A DNA stretch of 64,000 nucleotides from Patescibacteria group bacterium (GCA_038063535.1 JBBTUV010000004.1:20530-84529); one strand, 5' to 3'. Shown: positions 17,547 through 26,992, counted from the stretch's first letter. A program made the numbers and translations. Notes: a model not told the origin generated them from the sequence alone.

Positions 17547-18074
17547 ATGAAGAAACTCAACCTCGCTTTCATAGATATGGAGATGACCGGGCTAAACCCA
17601 ACCGAACACGAGATCCTCGAGCTTGCAGCCATCATAACCTCGCCGAATTTGAAAGTCCTCGACGAGTTCGAGGTGAAAGTAAAGCCCGAGCATATCGAGA
17701 CCGCGGACCAGACATCGCTTAAGATCTCAAATTATAGCGCGAAAGAGTGGGGGAGCGCCGTCTCACTTCGCGAAGCGATGGAAACTCTGAACGCAAAGGC
17801 GAAAGATTGCGTCATGATCGCTCACAATGTCGCTTTCGACTCGCTTTTCATTGAAGCCGCGTTTGCGAAGCTCGGTATCGCAAACGCTCTGCACTATCAC
17901 AAGCTCGACACTGTCTCGGTCGCCTGGGCGAAACTCCACCGCGAGCCAGATCTCGAGCATTTTTCCCTGCGCGAACTGTGCCTGCGCTTCGGCATCGAAA
18001 ACCCGAAAGCGCACACTGCTCTCTCCGACGCCCGCGCCACTTACGCGCTTTACAAGAAACTCATGGAGCTCTGA
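17547..18074 (+). CDS. DEDDh 3'-5' exonuclease (DnaQ/epsilon-like)
   Basis: 175 aa. Exo I FIDMEMTGL, Exo II IAHNVAFDSLF, Exo III HTALSDARAT. Confidence 0.8.
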   Translation: MKKLNLAFIDMEMTGLNPTEHEILELAAIITSPNLKVLDEFEVKVKPEHIETADQTSLKISNYSAKEWGSAVSLREAMETLNAKAKDCVMIAHNVAFDSLFIEAAFAKLGIANALHYHKLDTVSVAWAKLHREPDLEHFSLRELCLRFGIENPKAHTALSDARATYALYKKLMEL

Positions 18075-18094
18075 CGTAGTATAATTAGGAAGTT

Positions 18095-18454
18095 ATGTCG
18101 GAAGGACCACCGAAAAATCCGAGAGATCGAATTCTCCATGAAAAGGAGCTCGCAAGGCATGGTGTCATCAGAGATCCTTTCAATGACTGGGCCGCAGTTT
18201 TAATGTTTGCTCGCCCCGGTTCGGACTCAGGTCTTCTTGCAGCGATCCCCACTTACGAAGCGAGCGTTCGCGCCCATCCTCTTTTTGCGCCGCATGCCGA
18301 TTTTATTCTTGAGGCGAGCGATCCGGAGAAAGTCCGTAAGTACAACGAACTTGCGGCAATTTACAACCAGGAACTTCCTGCCATCAAAAGATCAAAGGAC
18401 TATAAGCGGGCGAACGAGTTGGCACACGAAGCCATGGCACTTATCAAGCTCTAA
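18095..18454 (+). CDS. Hypothetical protein
   Basis: 119-aa ORF. TATAAT at 18080-18085 lies 9 nt upstream. No family was recognised. Confidence 0.45.
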   Translation: MSEGPPKNPRDRILHEKELARHGVIRDPFNDWAAVLMFARPGSDSGLLAAIPTYEASVRAHPLFAPHADFILEASDPEKVRKYNELAAIYNQELPAIKRSKDYKRANELAHEAMALIKL

Positions 18455-18617
18455 AATTAAAATTCATGCCCGAGCGATTCAATTTTTTCAAAAACCCGAA
18501 CGGCGCCTCGCGCCTAGTGGGTTATACTATGATGTAAGTAATCGACCTGTCCCGTATGAGGCTTCGCCTTCGTTCGGGACTACGTAATACTTTAAGTAAA
18601 TGTTATAATATATTCCT

Positions 18618-19013
18618 ATGAGCACAGCATCTCTCCTCTATCTCTTCGGGACACTAGGCGCGCTCGACACCCTTTATCTTATATATCACAAGATCCGGGG
18701 GACTGATGTTGCCTGCCCTTTCTTTCCGAAAGAGTGGTGTCGGACGGTGCAATACAGCCCCCAGAGTAAAACGCTCGGTATTCCCAATTCGTTTCTCGGC
18801 TTTGGCATGTATGTTGCGATTCTCGCGCTCACCTATCTCCATGCCGGCGGGGCAGTGGCCTTTTGGCCGATTCAGGCGATCGTAACTTTCGGCTTTTTGT
18901 TTTCCCTCTACTTTACTTACGTGCAGGCCTTTGTGCTTCGGGCGTTCTGCACCTGGTGCGTCATTTCCGCGATAAATTTCACAATCATGTTTCTCGCGGT
19001 CTGGTTTTCATAA
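18618..19013 (+). CDS. Vitamin K epoxide reductase (VKOR) family membrane protein
   Basis: 131 aa with four TM helices, the Cys pair CPFFPKEWC and the redox motif CTWCVISA near the last helix. TGtTATAAT lies at 18601-18609. Confidence 0.7.
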   Translation: MSTASLLYLFGTLGALDTLYLIYHKIRGTDVACPFFPKEWCRTVQYSPQSKTLGIPNSFLGFGMYVAILALTYLHAGGAVAFWPIQAIVTFGFLFSLYFTYVQAFVLRAFCTWCVISAINFTIMFLAVWFS

Positions 19014-19022
19014 CTGCGAACA

Positions 19023-19292
19023 ATGCCTGATCCGATAGAACATATCGATAAGACGCTGCGCGACGCGCAAGAGATGGCAGGGAAGTATACTCAGCCGGTC
19101 CTTAGGCGCTATCCGTTACTTTTCGCTCTTCTCCTTGCCTTCGGCGCGGCGGCTCTTTTTACCGGCTTTCACCTCTGGGCCGAGACGGTTCCACTTTTTC
19201 ACGAACGGCCCGCGATTCTCATTTTCATCGGTGTAATCGTCCTTTTCCTCACCGGCACTCTCTACAAAACCCTCGACAAAGGCCCCCACTAA
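19023..19292 (+). CDS. Hypothetical two-helix membrane protein
   Basis: 89-aa ORF with two hydrophobic helices. No family was recognised. Confidence 0.4.
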   Translation: MPDPIEHIDKTLRDAQEMAGKYTQPVLRRYPLLFALLLAFGAAALFTGFHLWAETVPLFHERPAILIFIGVIVLFLTGTLYKTLDKGPH

Positions 19293-19390
19293 CCCTACAT
19301 CCCTACAAACTGGAGTTTGTTAGGATGTTGTTGCACTCTTGATATGTTACAATCTTCCGTTTTTCCACTTTTAAATGATATAATCCCGGT

Positions 19391-19594
19391 ATGAAAGGTT
19401 ATGTGGACAATATCGAGAAGCTCGCGCTTGCGAACGACAATTTTCGCAAGGTCCTTATCGTAAACGGGAGGGCGGAGCCGATGAAGCTCTATACTCTCTA
19501 TATGCCCCCGCACCACAGAGACGGGGTTGTCCACAAGACGAAGGCGGAAGCCGAAGCGGACACCGAGCACTGGCAGGGAGAGACGACCGAATAA
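19391..19594 (+). CDS. Cupin-like remnant (N- and C-terminal ends present, barrel core missing)
   Basis: 67 aa. GYVDNIEKLALANDNFRKVL resembles the N-terminus of small cupin_2 proteins, and MKLYTLYMPPHHRDGVVHKTKAEA resembles their C-terminus. The metal-binding core of about 45 aa between them is absent. TGaTATAAT at 19376-19384 lies 6 nt upstream. Confidence 0.4.
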   Translation: MKGYVDNIEKLALANDNFRKVLIVNGRAEPMKLYTLYMPPHHRDGVVHKTKAEAEADTEHWQGETTE

Positions 19595-19597
19595 CCG

Positions 19598-20536
19598 ATG
19601 ATTAAAACCGCTGAATTTGTGAGCCCGAAGCATCCTGATAAGCTCTGCGATTTTATCGCCGATTCGATCCTTGACGTGTATCTTGCGAAGGACAAAGAAA
19701 GCCGCGGAGCGATCGAGGTGATGGGCGGGCACGGCTTGCTCACGATAAACGGAGAAGTTCGGAGCGGCGAGCGTCCAGATGTCGAGAAAATAGTGAAAAG
19801 GATAGTCGGCGAGGCTTATAAGGTGATAGTCAATATTGCTATCCAAAGCCCGGAAATCGCGCGCGGAGTGGATGCGGGCGGCGCGGGCGATCAGGGTATA
19901 ATGCGCGGGTACGCCACGGCCGAGACCGCGAGCATGATGCCGCTTGAGTACGAACTTGCGCGGAACTTATGCATGAAGATTTTCGAGCGTTATCCTTACG
20001 ACGGAAAAACACAGGTGACGGTCGAGAACGGCAAGGCCAAGATAGTGGTCGCGAGTTTTCAGAACACAAAGAACACCGAGCTTCTGCCCTATGTAAAAAG
20101 TATTATCGAAGCGGAGGAATATTTAATTAATCCCGCCGGCGAGTGGTCGCTCGGGGGGTTTGACGCTGATGCGGGGCTCTCCGGCAGAAAAATAATCGTG
20201 GATAATTACGGGCCGGAAGTTCCGGCGGGCGGCGGGTCTTTTTCCGGGAAAGATTACACGAAAGTCGATCGCTCCGGCGCGTATATGGCAAGGAAGATCG
20301 CGGTGGATTACCTCAAAAAATTCAATGCGAAGAAAGTCAAAACCGCGCTTGCCTACGCGATCGGGAAAGCCGAGCCGGTCGCGGCCGTCGCGAGAGTGGA
20401 CGGAAAAGAGATCCCGATCGAGGGCTATGATCTCTCGCCTCTGGGGATCAAGCGGTTTCTCAAGCTTGATCAGGTGAAATTTGCGGAAACTGCGAACTGG
20501 GGCCACTTCGGGAGAGGATTTTCTTGGGATAAATAA
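19598..20536 (+). CDS. metK: S-adenosylmethionine synthetase (compact form)
   Basis: 312 aa. HPDKLCD, GAGDQGIM, GLSGRKIIVDNYG, GGGSFSGKDYTKVDRSGAYMAR and WGHFGR. It is shorter than the roughly 384-aa canonical MetK. Confidence 0.85.
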   Translation: MIKTAEFVSPKHPDKLCDFIADSILDVYLAKDKESRGAIEVMGGHGLLTINGEVRSGERPDVEKIVKRIVGEAYKVIVNIAIQSPEIARGVDAGGAGDQGIMRGYATAETASMMPLEYELARNLCMKIFERYPYDGKTQVTVENGKAKIVVASFQNTKNTELLPYVKSIIEAEEYLINPAGEWSLGGFDADAGLSGRKIIVDNYGPEVPAGGGSFSGKDYTKVDRSGAYMARKIAVDYLKKFNAKKVKTALAYAIGKAEPVAAVARVDGKEIPIEGYDLSPLGIKRFLKLDQVKFAETANWGHFGRGFSWDK

Positions 20537-20554
20537 CTCTGGTATAATCTCGGG

Positions 20555-21610
20555 GTGAAAAAGGTGGTTTTTGTAGGATTATCCGGCGGGGTTGATAGTG
20601 CCGTTTCGGCGGCGCTCTTGAAACAGAAAGGCTACGAAGTAGTCGGGGTCTTTATGCAGACTTGGCATCCGGAATTTTTGGAATGCAACGAGGAGGAAGA
20701 GCGCCGCGACGCTATGCGCGTCGCGGCTGCGCTCGACATCCCGTTCCTTACTTTCGATTTTGAAAAAGTTTATAAAAAAGAAGTGGCGGACTATATGATA
20801 GCCGAGTACCGCGCAGGACGGACGCCGAACCCGGATGTGATGTGCAACAAGGAAGTGAAGTTCGGCGCGTTTTTGCGCAAGGCGCTCGCGATGGGGGCTG
20901 ACTATGTTGCGACGGGGCATTACGCCAAGCTACGCAAATATAGCAAAAATTCGCCTTTGCTACACTTGCTGCGCGGGCGCGACGGCGCCAAGGACCAAAG
21001 CTATTTTCTTTGGACGCTCACGCAAAAACAGTTAAGTAAAATCTTGTTTCCCGTGGGGGATCTGAAAAAGAGCGAAGTGCGCAGGCTCGCGAAGAAGCTC
21101 GGGCTTCCGGTCTCGGAGAAAAAGGACAGCCAAGGCATCTGCTTCCTCGGCGAAGTTGATCTCAAAAAATTTCTTAAGCATTACATCAAAGAAAAAAAAG
21201 GAAAAGTTGTGAGCGATATGGGGGAGGTGATCGGCCGGCACGACGGAGTCTTTTTTCATACGCTCGGGGAGCGGCGCGGTTTTACTATCACCAAGAAAAG
21301 TCCAAAGGACAGGCCTTACTATATCGTCGGTAAGAATGTAAAAAAGAATATTTTAGTCGTTTCACAGAGATTTCCCCCTGACAAGGGGGAAGCAAAAGGG
21401 GTTCTGGAACTTAAAAATATTAATTGGATTTCGGGAGTTCCCAAAGAAAATAAAAAGTATACAGCGCAAGTCAGGTACCACGGGGAAAAAGTCCCATGCA
21501 AAATAAGCGGGAGGGGAGTCGTCTTCGAAAAGCCGGTCCTTGCGGCCGCGGGGCAGTCGGCGGTGATCTATGACGGGGATGTTTGCCTGGGCGGGGGAGT
21601 TATCATATAA
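20555..21610 (+). CDS. mnmA: tRNA 2-thiouridine(34) synthase MnmA
   Basis: 351 aa with a GTG start. PP-loop GLSGGVDSAV, NPDVMCNKEVKF and ATGHYA. Confidence 0.9.
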   Translation: MKKVVFVGLSGGVDSAVSAALLKQKGYEVVGVFMQTWHPEFLECNEEEERRDAMRVAAALDIPFLTFDFEKVYKKEVADYMIAEYRAGRTPNPDVMCNKEVKFGAFLRKALAMGADYVATGHYAKLRKYSKNSPLLHLLRGRDGAKDQSYFLWTLTQKQLSKILFPVGDLKKSEVRRLAKKLGLPVSEKKDSQGICFLGEVDLKKFLKHYIKEKKGKVVSDMGEVIGRHDGVFFHTLGERRGFTITKKSPKDRPYYIVGKNVKKNILVVSQRFPPDKGEAKGVLELKNINWISGVPKENKKYTAQVRYHGEKVPCKISGRGVVFEKPVLAAAGQSAVIYDGDVCLGGGVII

Positions 21611-21617
21611 TTAGACA

Positions 21618-22061
21618 ATGGAACAATTTTTCTCTATCGACGGCGATATAGTTCTCCGACTCGTGGTTGCGCTCGCGCTCGGCATGGTGATCGGCGCGGA
21701 GCGGTATCTCGTGCATAAAGAAGCGGGAGTAAAGACGCATGCGCTCATCTCGCTCGGCTCGGCGATCTTCGTGATCATCGGCCTCGCCGGGCCGGAGCCG
21801 GCGCGTGTCGCTTCGCAAATCATCGTCGGCATCGGATTTCTCGGAGCCGGCTCGATCATTTTCCAAGGTTCACGCTTGACCGGGCTTACTACGGCTGTGG
21901 GCTTTTGGGTTACCGCCGGCATCGGCATGGCGGCGGGGTTTAAATTCTATTCGCTTGCCGTTTTGGCGACAATCCTTACGCTTTTCGTGCTCGTCGCCGG
22001 CAATTTTATAGAGAAACCGATCAGAAAAATTTCAGAAGAGGCAGATCAAAACAAGGTTTAG
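21618..22061 (+). CDS. MgtC/SapB family membrane protein
   Basis: 147 aa. RLVVALALGMVIGAERYLVHKEAGVKTH...GIGFLGAGSI...GLTTAVGFWVTAGIGMAAG. Confidence 0.75.
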   Translation: MEQFFSIDGDIVLRLVVALALGMVIGAERYLVHKEAGVKTHALISLGSAIFVIIGLAGPEPARVASQIIVGIGFLGAGSIIFQGSRLTGLTTAVGFWVTAGIGMAAGFKFYSLAVLATILTLFVLVAGNFIEKPIRKISEEADQNKV

Positions 22062-22062
22062 C

Positions 22063-23673
22063 ATGGATGCAAATGAGGTCAGAGATAAGTTCCTAAAGTT
22101 TTTCGAAAAGAGAGGTCATAAAATAATTCCTTCTTCTTCACTTGTGCCGGAAAACGACCCGTCGGTGCTTTTTACCACCGCCGGCATGCAGCAATTCAAG
22201 CCCTACTACACGGCGCCCGAGAACGCGGTCCGTGATTTCGGCGCGAAGAACGTCGCCTCGGCGCAGAAATGTGTCCGTACCTCGGACATCGACGAAGTCG
22301 GCGACGACACTCATCTGACATTTTTCGAAATGCTCGGGAATTTCTCTTTCGGCGGATATTGGAAAGAAGAAGCAATAAAATACGCGCACGAATTTATCAC
22401 CAAAGAGCTCGGGCTCAGGATAGATTACGTTTCTGTTTTCGAAGGAGATGCAGAAACTTCTGCCGACGAAGAATCGCGAGCAATTTGGGCGGAAATCGAT
22501 TCGAGCCTGGAAATCAAGAATCACAATCGAGCAGATAATTTCTGGGGTCCGACCGGGGAGGAAGGCCCCTGCGGTCCGACGACGGAGATATACGTAAATG
22601 GAGTGGAAATTTGGAATCTTGTTTTCAACGAATTTTATAAAACCAAAGACGGAAAGTATGAAAATCTAGAAACAAAAGGAGTAGATACAGGCATGGGTCT
22701 AGAGCGTCTCTTGGTGCAGATCCAAAAGAAAACTAATGTCTATGAGACCGATCTCTTTGGCGGAGAGAAAACGAGGGAAGAAAGAATTATCGCCGACCAT
22801 GTAAAGGCATCACTTTTTTTAATAGCTGACGGCGTGAGGCCTTCGAACACCGGTGCGGGCTACGTGCTTCGCCGTCTGATACGTCGAGCAGTCCGGCTTT
22901 CTGAAAGACCGCTGGCGGAGGCCGCGAACAAAATAAAAAATATATATTTAAATATATACGATCTTGATGACGAGGGAGTTATCGAGAAAGAAGAAAAAAA
23001 ATTCCGGGAAACACTCGCGAAGGGGCTCAAGGAGTTCGAGCGCGGCACGGACCCCTTCGTTCTTTTCACGACCTACGGCTTTCCGATCGAGCTTACGCTT
23101 GAGCTTGCAAAAGAAAAAGGAAAAATAATCAACCTCGAGAGTTTCGAGCAAAAAATGGTGGAGCATCAGAAGCTCTCGCAAACCTCGAGTGCCGGCATGT
23201 TCAAAGGGGGGCTTGCCAACAGCGAACCGAAAACCATTCGCAATCATACTGCGCATCACCTGCTCCTCGCTGCGCTTCAAGCAATTCTAGGGAAAAGCGT
23301 AAAACAGCGCGGCTCAAACATAAACGAAGAGCGCTTGCGGATGGATTTTTCATACGAGCGCAAATTGAGCGATGAAGAAAAGAAAAAAGTCGAAGACTGG
23401 GTAAACGACAAGGTCAAGCGGGGTTTAAAAGTAGAGAGGCGGGAGATGCCGCGCGAAGAAGCTGAGAAGCTCGGCGCGGAGATGGAATTCGGCGCGAAAT
23501 ATCCGGCGATTGTGTCCATATATATGATACTCGACGAGAAAGGTAACCCTCTTTCGAAAGAATTCTGCGGCGGACCGCATGTCGGAAACACCCGGGAGCT
23601 TGGAGAGTTCAAGATCCAAAAAGAAGAGGCGGTCTCGGCCGGGATTCGCAGGATAAAGGCTATTTTGCTATAA
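22063..23673 (+). CDS. alaS: Alanine--tRNA ligase, compact (no C-Ala domain)
   Basis: 536 aa. The class II core is FTTAGMQQFKPYY, FFEMLGNFSFG and VDTGMGLERL. The editing-domain His motifs are HTAHHLL and CGGPHV. The protein ends right after the editing domain. Confidence 0.85.
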   Translation: MDANEVRDKFLKFFEKRGHKIIPSSSLVPENDPSVLFTTAGMQQFKPYYTAPENAVRDFGAKNVASAQKCVRTSDIDEVGDDTHLTFFEMLGNFSFGGYWKEEAIKYAHEFITKELGLRIDYVSVFEGDAETSADEESRAIWAEIDSSLEIKNHNRADNFWGPTGEEGPCGPTTEIYVNGVEIWNLVFNEFYKTKDGKYENLETKGVDTGMGLERLLVQIQKKTNVYETDLFGGEKTREERIIADHVKASLFLIADGVRPSNTGAGYVLRRLIRRAVRLSERPLAEAANKIKNIYLNIYDLDDEGVIEKEEKKFRETLAKGLKEFERGTDPFVLFTTYGFPIELTLELAKEKGKIINLESFEQKMVEHQKLSQTSSAGMFKGGLANSEPKTIRNHTAHHLLLAALQAILGKSVKQRGSNINEERLRMDFSYERKLSDEEKKKVEDWVNDKVKRGLKVERREMPREEAEKLGAEMEFGAKYPAIVSIYMILDEKGNPLSKEFCGGPHVGNTRELGEFKIQKEEAVSAGIRRIKAILL

Positions 23674-23684
23674 TAAAAGGGATT

Positions 23685-24851
23685 ATGGGAATTTTTTCTC
23701 GCGGGAGTAAAAAGACATTGGCGGCGGTTTTTGACATTGGTTCGTCTTCCGTCGGGGGAGCGCTAGTCGCGCTTTCGAAAGGTAAGGCGCCGGAGATACT
23801 CTTTGCCGCGCGTGAGCCGATACTCGTTCTTCCTGAACTTGACCCGGATCAATTCCTTTCGCTTACCCTGAAATCTCTCGAGGCCGTGGCGGCGGCTGTC
23901 GCGGCCAGTAAAGCAGGAGCACCGGAGAAAATTTTCGCTGTCCTCGGTTCACCCTGGTACAGCTCGCAGACTCGGATGATCCGGATGGAGAAGAACAGCG
24001 AATTTGCTTTTTCCGCGAAGTTGGCGGACGAACTGGTCGCCAAGGAACTTACTCAATTTAGAGAGGAGCACGAGCTCAAATATCTCGCTGACGAGGAAAA
24101 GGTTGTGCCGATCGAACTGAAAAACATGAGGATCGCCTTAAACGGATATGTTACGCCCGAGCCGATCGGCAAACGCGCTTCAAAGCTCGAGATGACGATA
24201 TTCGTTTCAATGAGCGGCCGGCAATTTCTCAACAAAGTGAGAGAAACGATGGGAAAACATTTTCACCGGGACGAGGTTAAGTTCTCGTCTTTCCTTATGG
24301 CGTCTTTCACCGCGGTGCGTGATCTTTATCCAGCTTCGCAGTTTCTCCTCTTAGATGGGGGAGGCGAGCTGACCACGGTTTCGCTCGTGAAAGGGGATAT
24401 TCTCTCCGAGTCGGGCACCTTTGCCATTGGGCACAACTTTATTATCCGGGAAACAGCACGGGAGCTGGGAAAGACCCTTCCCGACGCGAAGACACTTTTC
24501 ATGCTTTTCAAAGAGGGGCATGAGAGCGAACGGCAGAAAGTGAAGCTTGAGAATGCGATCGGCGCAGCGCGGGCCAAATGGCTCGAAGCTTTCCAGAAGT
24601 CGCTTGCCACTCTCTCGGGAGATATCTCCATTCCCTCGGATGTTTATGTGACGGCAGACCCGGACTTCGCCGAATTTTTCGCCGATGCGATCAAGGGCGA
24701 GCAACTCTCGCAGTACACGCTGACCGATTCGAAACTCCAGGTCCATCTCTTCAATCCGGATTCGATCACCGGCAAAATGTCGTTTTCGGCGAACGCCCGG
24801 CATGACCCGATCCTCTCGCTTGAGTCGGTTTATATTAATCGCTATCTTTGA
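23685..24851 (+). CDS. Actin-fold ATPase-like protein (FtsA/PilM-like)
   Basis: 388 aa. The phosphate-1-like motif is AAVFDIGSSSVGGALV and the phosphate-2-like motif is LLLDGGGELTTVSLV. TGcTATAAT (23666-23674) overlaps the alaS stop. Confidence 0.5.
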   Translation: MGIFSRGSKKTLAAVFDIGSSSVGGALVALSKGKAPEILFAAREPILVLPELDPDQFLSLTLKSLEAVAAAVAASKAGAPEKIFAVLGSPWYSSQTRMIRMEKNSEFAFSAKLADELVAKELTQFREEHELKYLADEEKVVPIELKNMRIALNGYVTPEPIGKRASKLEMTIFVSMSGRQFLNKVRETMGKHFHRDEVKFSSFLMASFTAVRDLYPASQFLLLDGGGELTTVSLVKGDILSESGTFAIGHNFIIRETARELGKTLPDAKTLFMLFKEGHESERQKVKLENAIGAARAKWLEAFQKSLATLSGDISIPSDVYVTADPDFAEFFADAIKGEQLSQYTLTDSKLQVHLFNPDSITGKMSFSANARHDPILSLESVYINRYL

Positions 24852-24863
24852 TAAAATATACCA

Positions 24864-26147
24864 ATGCCTAAAAATTTGCTTCAAGACTTCCGAATGAAAA
24901 AGGGTTCCCCCGAGGAAAAAGCCCCGCCACTCTCTCCGACTCCGCCAGCGAGGAATACGGAAAGCTATGAAAACTATTCCGACTTTTCCTACTCAGGAGA
25001 GGAGCCCGCTCCAGGCAGCCGGTCCAAGTACGGTCTCTGGGTTGTGGCGCTGGTTTCAGTCGGTTTTCTTCTCTTCGCCCTCTCCTTTTTATTTACGAAG
25101 GCGAAAGTCGTAGTTGTTCCGAAAAGCTTCGATGAAAATTTGAGCTTGAACCTTTCTGCGACGAAAGATTCGGCGGATCCCACCGCACTTTCTTACGATT
25201 TGGTAGTGCTTGAGGGCATCGAAGAAAAAAGCGTGGCGGCTGGTACGGAGGAAGATGTCCGCGTGCCTGCGACCGGACGAGTGGTGATTTACAATGCTTT
25301 CAGTACGGCTCCGCAGCTACTGGCGATCGAGACGCGTCTCGAGGGCTCGAATGGGAAAATTTACAAAACCGATACCAAGCTCACAGTCCCTGGCATGAAA
25401 GGAAGCTCCCCGGGCTCGATCGAAGTCGGCGTCTACGCAGCCGAAGCCGGGCCGGATTACAATTCCGAGCCGCTTGATTTTAAGATATTCGGATTCAAAG
25501 GAACACCGAAGTATACGAAGTTCTACGCGCGAGGGAAGGGCGAGATCTCAGGAGGATTCATCGGCAAGCGTACGGTGGTCGCTCCGGCGGACCGCGATCG
25601 GGCGGTAGCTGAGCTCAGGATCGGCCTCCAATCAAAACTTTACAAGAAGGCAGCGGATCAATTGCCCGCCGGATTTATTCTTTTCAAGGGCGCAACGGTG
25701 CTCGATGTGCCTGAATCAGGAATTTCCGCGGAGCCAGACGCGAGCGGTGGAACAACGCTCTCGATCAGGGGCACTCTCTCCGGAGTTCTTTTTGACGAGA
25801 AGAAACTCGCGAAGAAAATTGCGGAGAATACCGTCCCGAAATACAACCAGGAAGATGTTTTTATTCCGAACTTCGGCTTGCTCGACTTTTCCCTGACCGG
25901 ACTTGTCGGGGCGCTGGCGGAAGCGAACAACGTGGTTTTCAATCTCACCGGCCCGGCCAAGATCGTTTATGGGCTAGATCAGAAGAAAATAGCCGAAGAT
26001 CTTGCCGGAAAGGCGAAAAAAGAATACAATGCGATTCTCTCCACTTACCCCGTCGTCTCCGCCGAGCTCGTCCTGCGACCTTTCTGGAAAACCTCTTTCC
26101 CCGAGAAACCGGAAGACATCGAGATCAAGGTGAACTACCCGCAGTAA
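24864..26147 (+). CDS. Hypothetical single-pass membrane protein
   Basis: 427 aa. A disordered N-terminus, one TM (LWVVALVSVGFLLFALSFLF) and a large beta-rich ectodomain. TGaTAAAAT at 24849-24857 lies 6 nt upstream of the ATG. Confidence 0.45.
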   Translation: MPKNLLQDFRMKKGSPEEKAPPLSPTPPARNTESYENYSDFSYSGEEPAPGSRSKYGLWVVALVSVGFLLFALSFLFTKAKVVVVPKSFDENLSLNLSATKDSADPTALSYDLVVLEGIEEKSVAAGTEEDVRVPATGRVVIYNAFSTAPQLLAIETRLEGSNGKIYKTDTKLTVPGMKGSSPGSIEVGVYAAEAGPDYNSEPLDFKIFGFKGTPKYTKFYARGKGEISGGFIGKRTVVAPADRDRAVAELRIGLQSKLYKKAADQLPAGFILFKGATVLDVPESGISAEPDASGGTTLSIRGTLSGVLFDEKKLAKKIAENTVPKYNQEDVFIPNFGLLDFSLTGLVGALAEANNVVFNLTGPAKIVYGLDQKKIAEDLAGKAKKEYNAILSTYPVVSAELVLRPFWKTSFPEKPEDIEIKVNYPQ

Positions 26148-26156
26148 ATATTTATA

Positions 26157-26381
26157 ATGAACGAACGCAAAAATGAAATGACGGTGCGGGGAGTGGTGAC
26201 CGAAGCTCTACCTTCGACTTTGTTCCGGGTAAAAACCGGGAACGGCGGTGAAGAGAAAGAAATTTTGGCGTACCTCTCAGGGAAAATGCGGATGCACCGG
26301 ATCAAGGTACTGATCGGCGACGCGGTCGAGATAGTACTTGACCAATACGGGGGAAAGGGCCGAATAGTGAAAAGGCTTTAG
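26157..26381 (+). CDS. infA: Translation initiation factor IF-1
   Basis: 74 aa. S1-like VRGVVTEALPSTLFRVK...AYLSGKMRMHRIKVLIGDAVEI. An alternative start at ATG 26178 is possible. Confidence 0.9.
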   Translation: MNERKNEMTVRGVVTEALPSTLFRVKTGNGGEEKEILAYLSGKMRMHRIKVLIGDAVEIVLDQYGGKGRIVKRL

Positions 26382-26495
26382 TCAAGATTGTAATAATTAT
26401 AGGGATAGTGTATAATACCGGGGCAGTATAAACGAATAGTTATACGTTGAAAAATAAGGGTCTTTCCCTTGTTTTTCTCTTACACTGATTGAGTT

Positions 26496-26606
26496 ATGAA
26501 AATTAGGTCGGCCGTGCAAAAAATTTGCGAGAATTGCAAGATCGTCAGACGCAAAAGACACTTGTGGGTCATTTGCACGAACCCCAAACACAAACAAAAG
26601 CAATAA
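26496..26606 (+). CDS. rpmJ: 50S ribosomal protein L36 (missed by ORF track, 36 aa)
   Basis: Hand translation gives [36 protein letters not shown] with the zinc-ribbon Cys/His pattern. The stop TAA (26604-26606) overlaps the rpsM ATG by 1 nt. Confidence 0.85.
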   Translation: MKIRSAVQKICENCKIVRRKRHLWVICTNPKHKQKQ

Positions 26607-26986
26607 TGAGAATATCGGGCATCACAGTTCCAGATGACAAGCGTCTTCTAATCGGTCTCACCGCTTTTTACGGCATCGGCAGATCAAAAGCAAGGCAAAT
26701 TTTAACGACTGCCGGGGTTTCTCCAAGCAAGCGCGCCAAGGAGCTTACTCCGGAGGAAGAGAGCAAGATCCGCGTGATCGTGGAAGCTACTTCGATCGAG
26801 GGAAATTTGAAAAGAGAGATCGCCGCGAACGTGAAGCGCTTGAAGGACATTAAAAGTTACCGCGGCATTCGGCATCTGCGCCGCCTGCCGGTGCGGGGTC
26901 AGCGAACCAAGACTAATTCCCGAACAGTAAGAGGGAACGTCCGAAAGACGATGGCCTCGGGAAGACGCAAGGAGAGCAAAACATAA
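26606..26986 (+). CDS. rpsM: 30S ribosomal protein S13
   Basis: [29 protein letters not shown]... The start is set at ATG 26606, the in-frame Met of track ORF 26525..26986. Confidence 0.9.
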   Translation: MRISGITVPDDKRLLIGLTAFYGIGRSKARQILTTAGVSPSKRAKELTPEEESKIRVIVEATSIEGNLKREIAANVKRLKDIKSYRGIRHLRRLPVRGQRTKTNSRTVRGNVRKTMASGRRKESKT

Positions 26987-26992
26987 TTAGCG

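Noticed and set aside
26411-26480. Two small hairpins (GTATAA/TTATAC at 26426-26445; AAGGG/CCCTT at 26456-26470 followed by GTTTTT) between infA and rpmJ. They lie downstream of a TATAAT at 26411-26416 and are a possible r-protein leader or attenuator.
   Set aside because: The stems are only 5-6 bp and AT-rich and could occur by chance. There is no recognisable mimic of an rRNA binding site.
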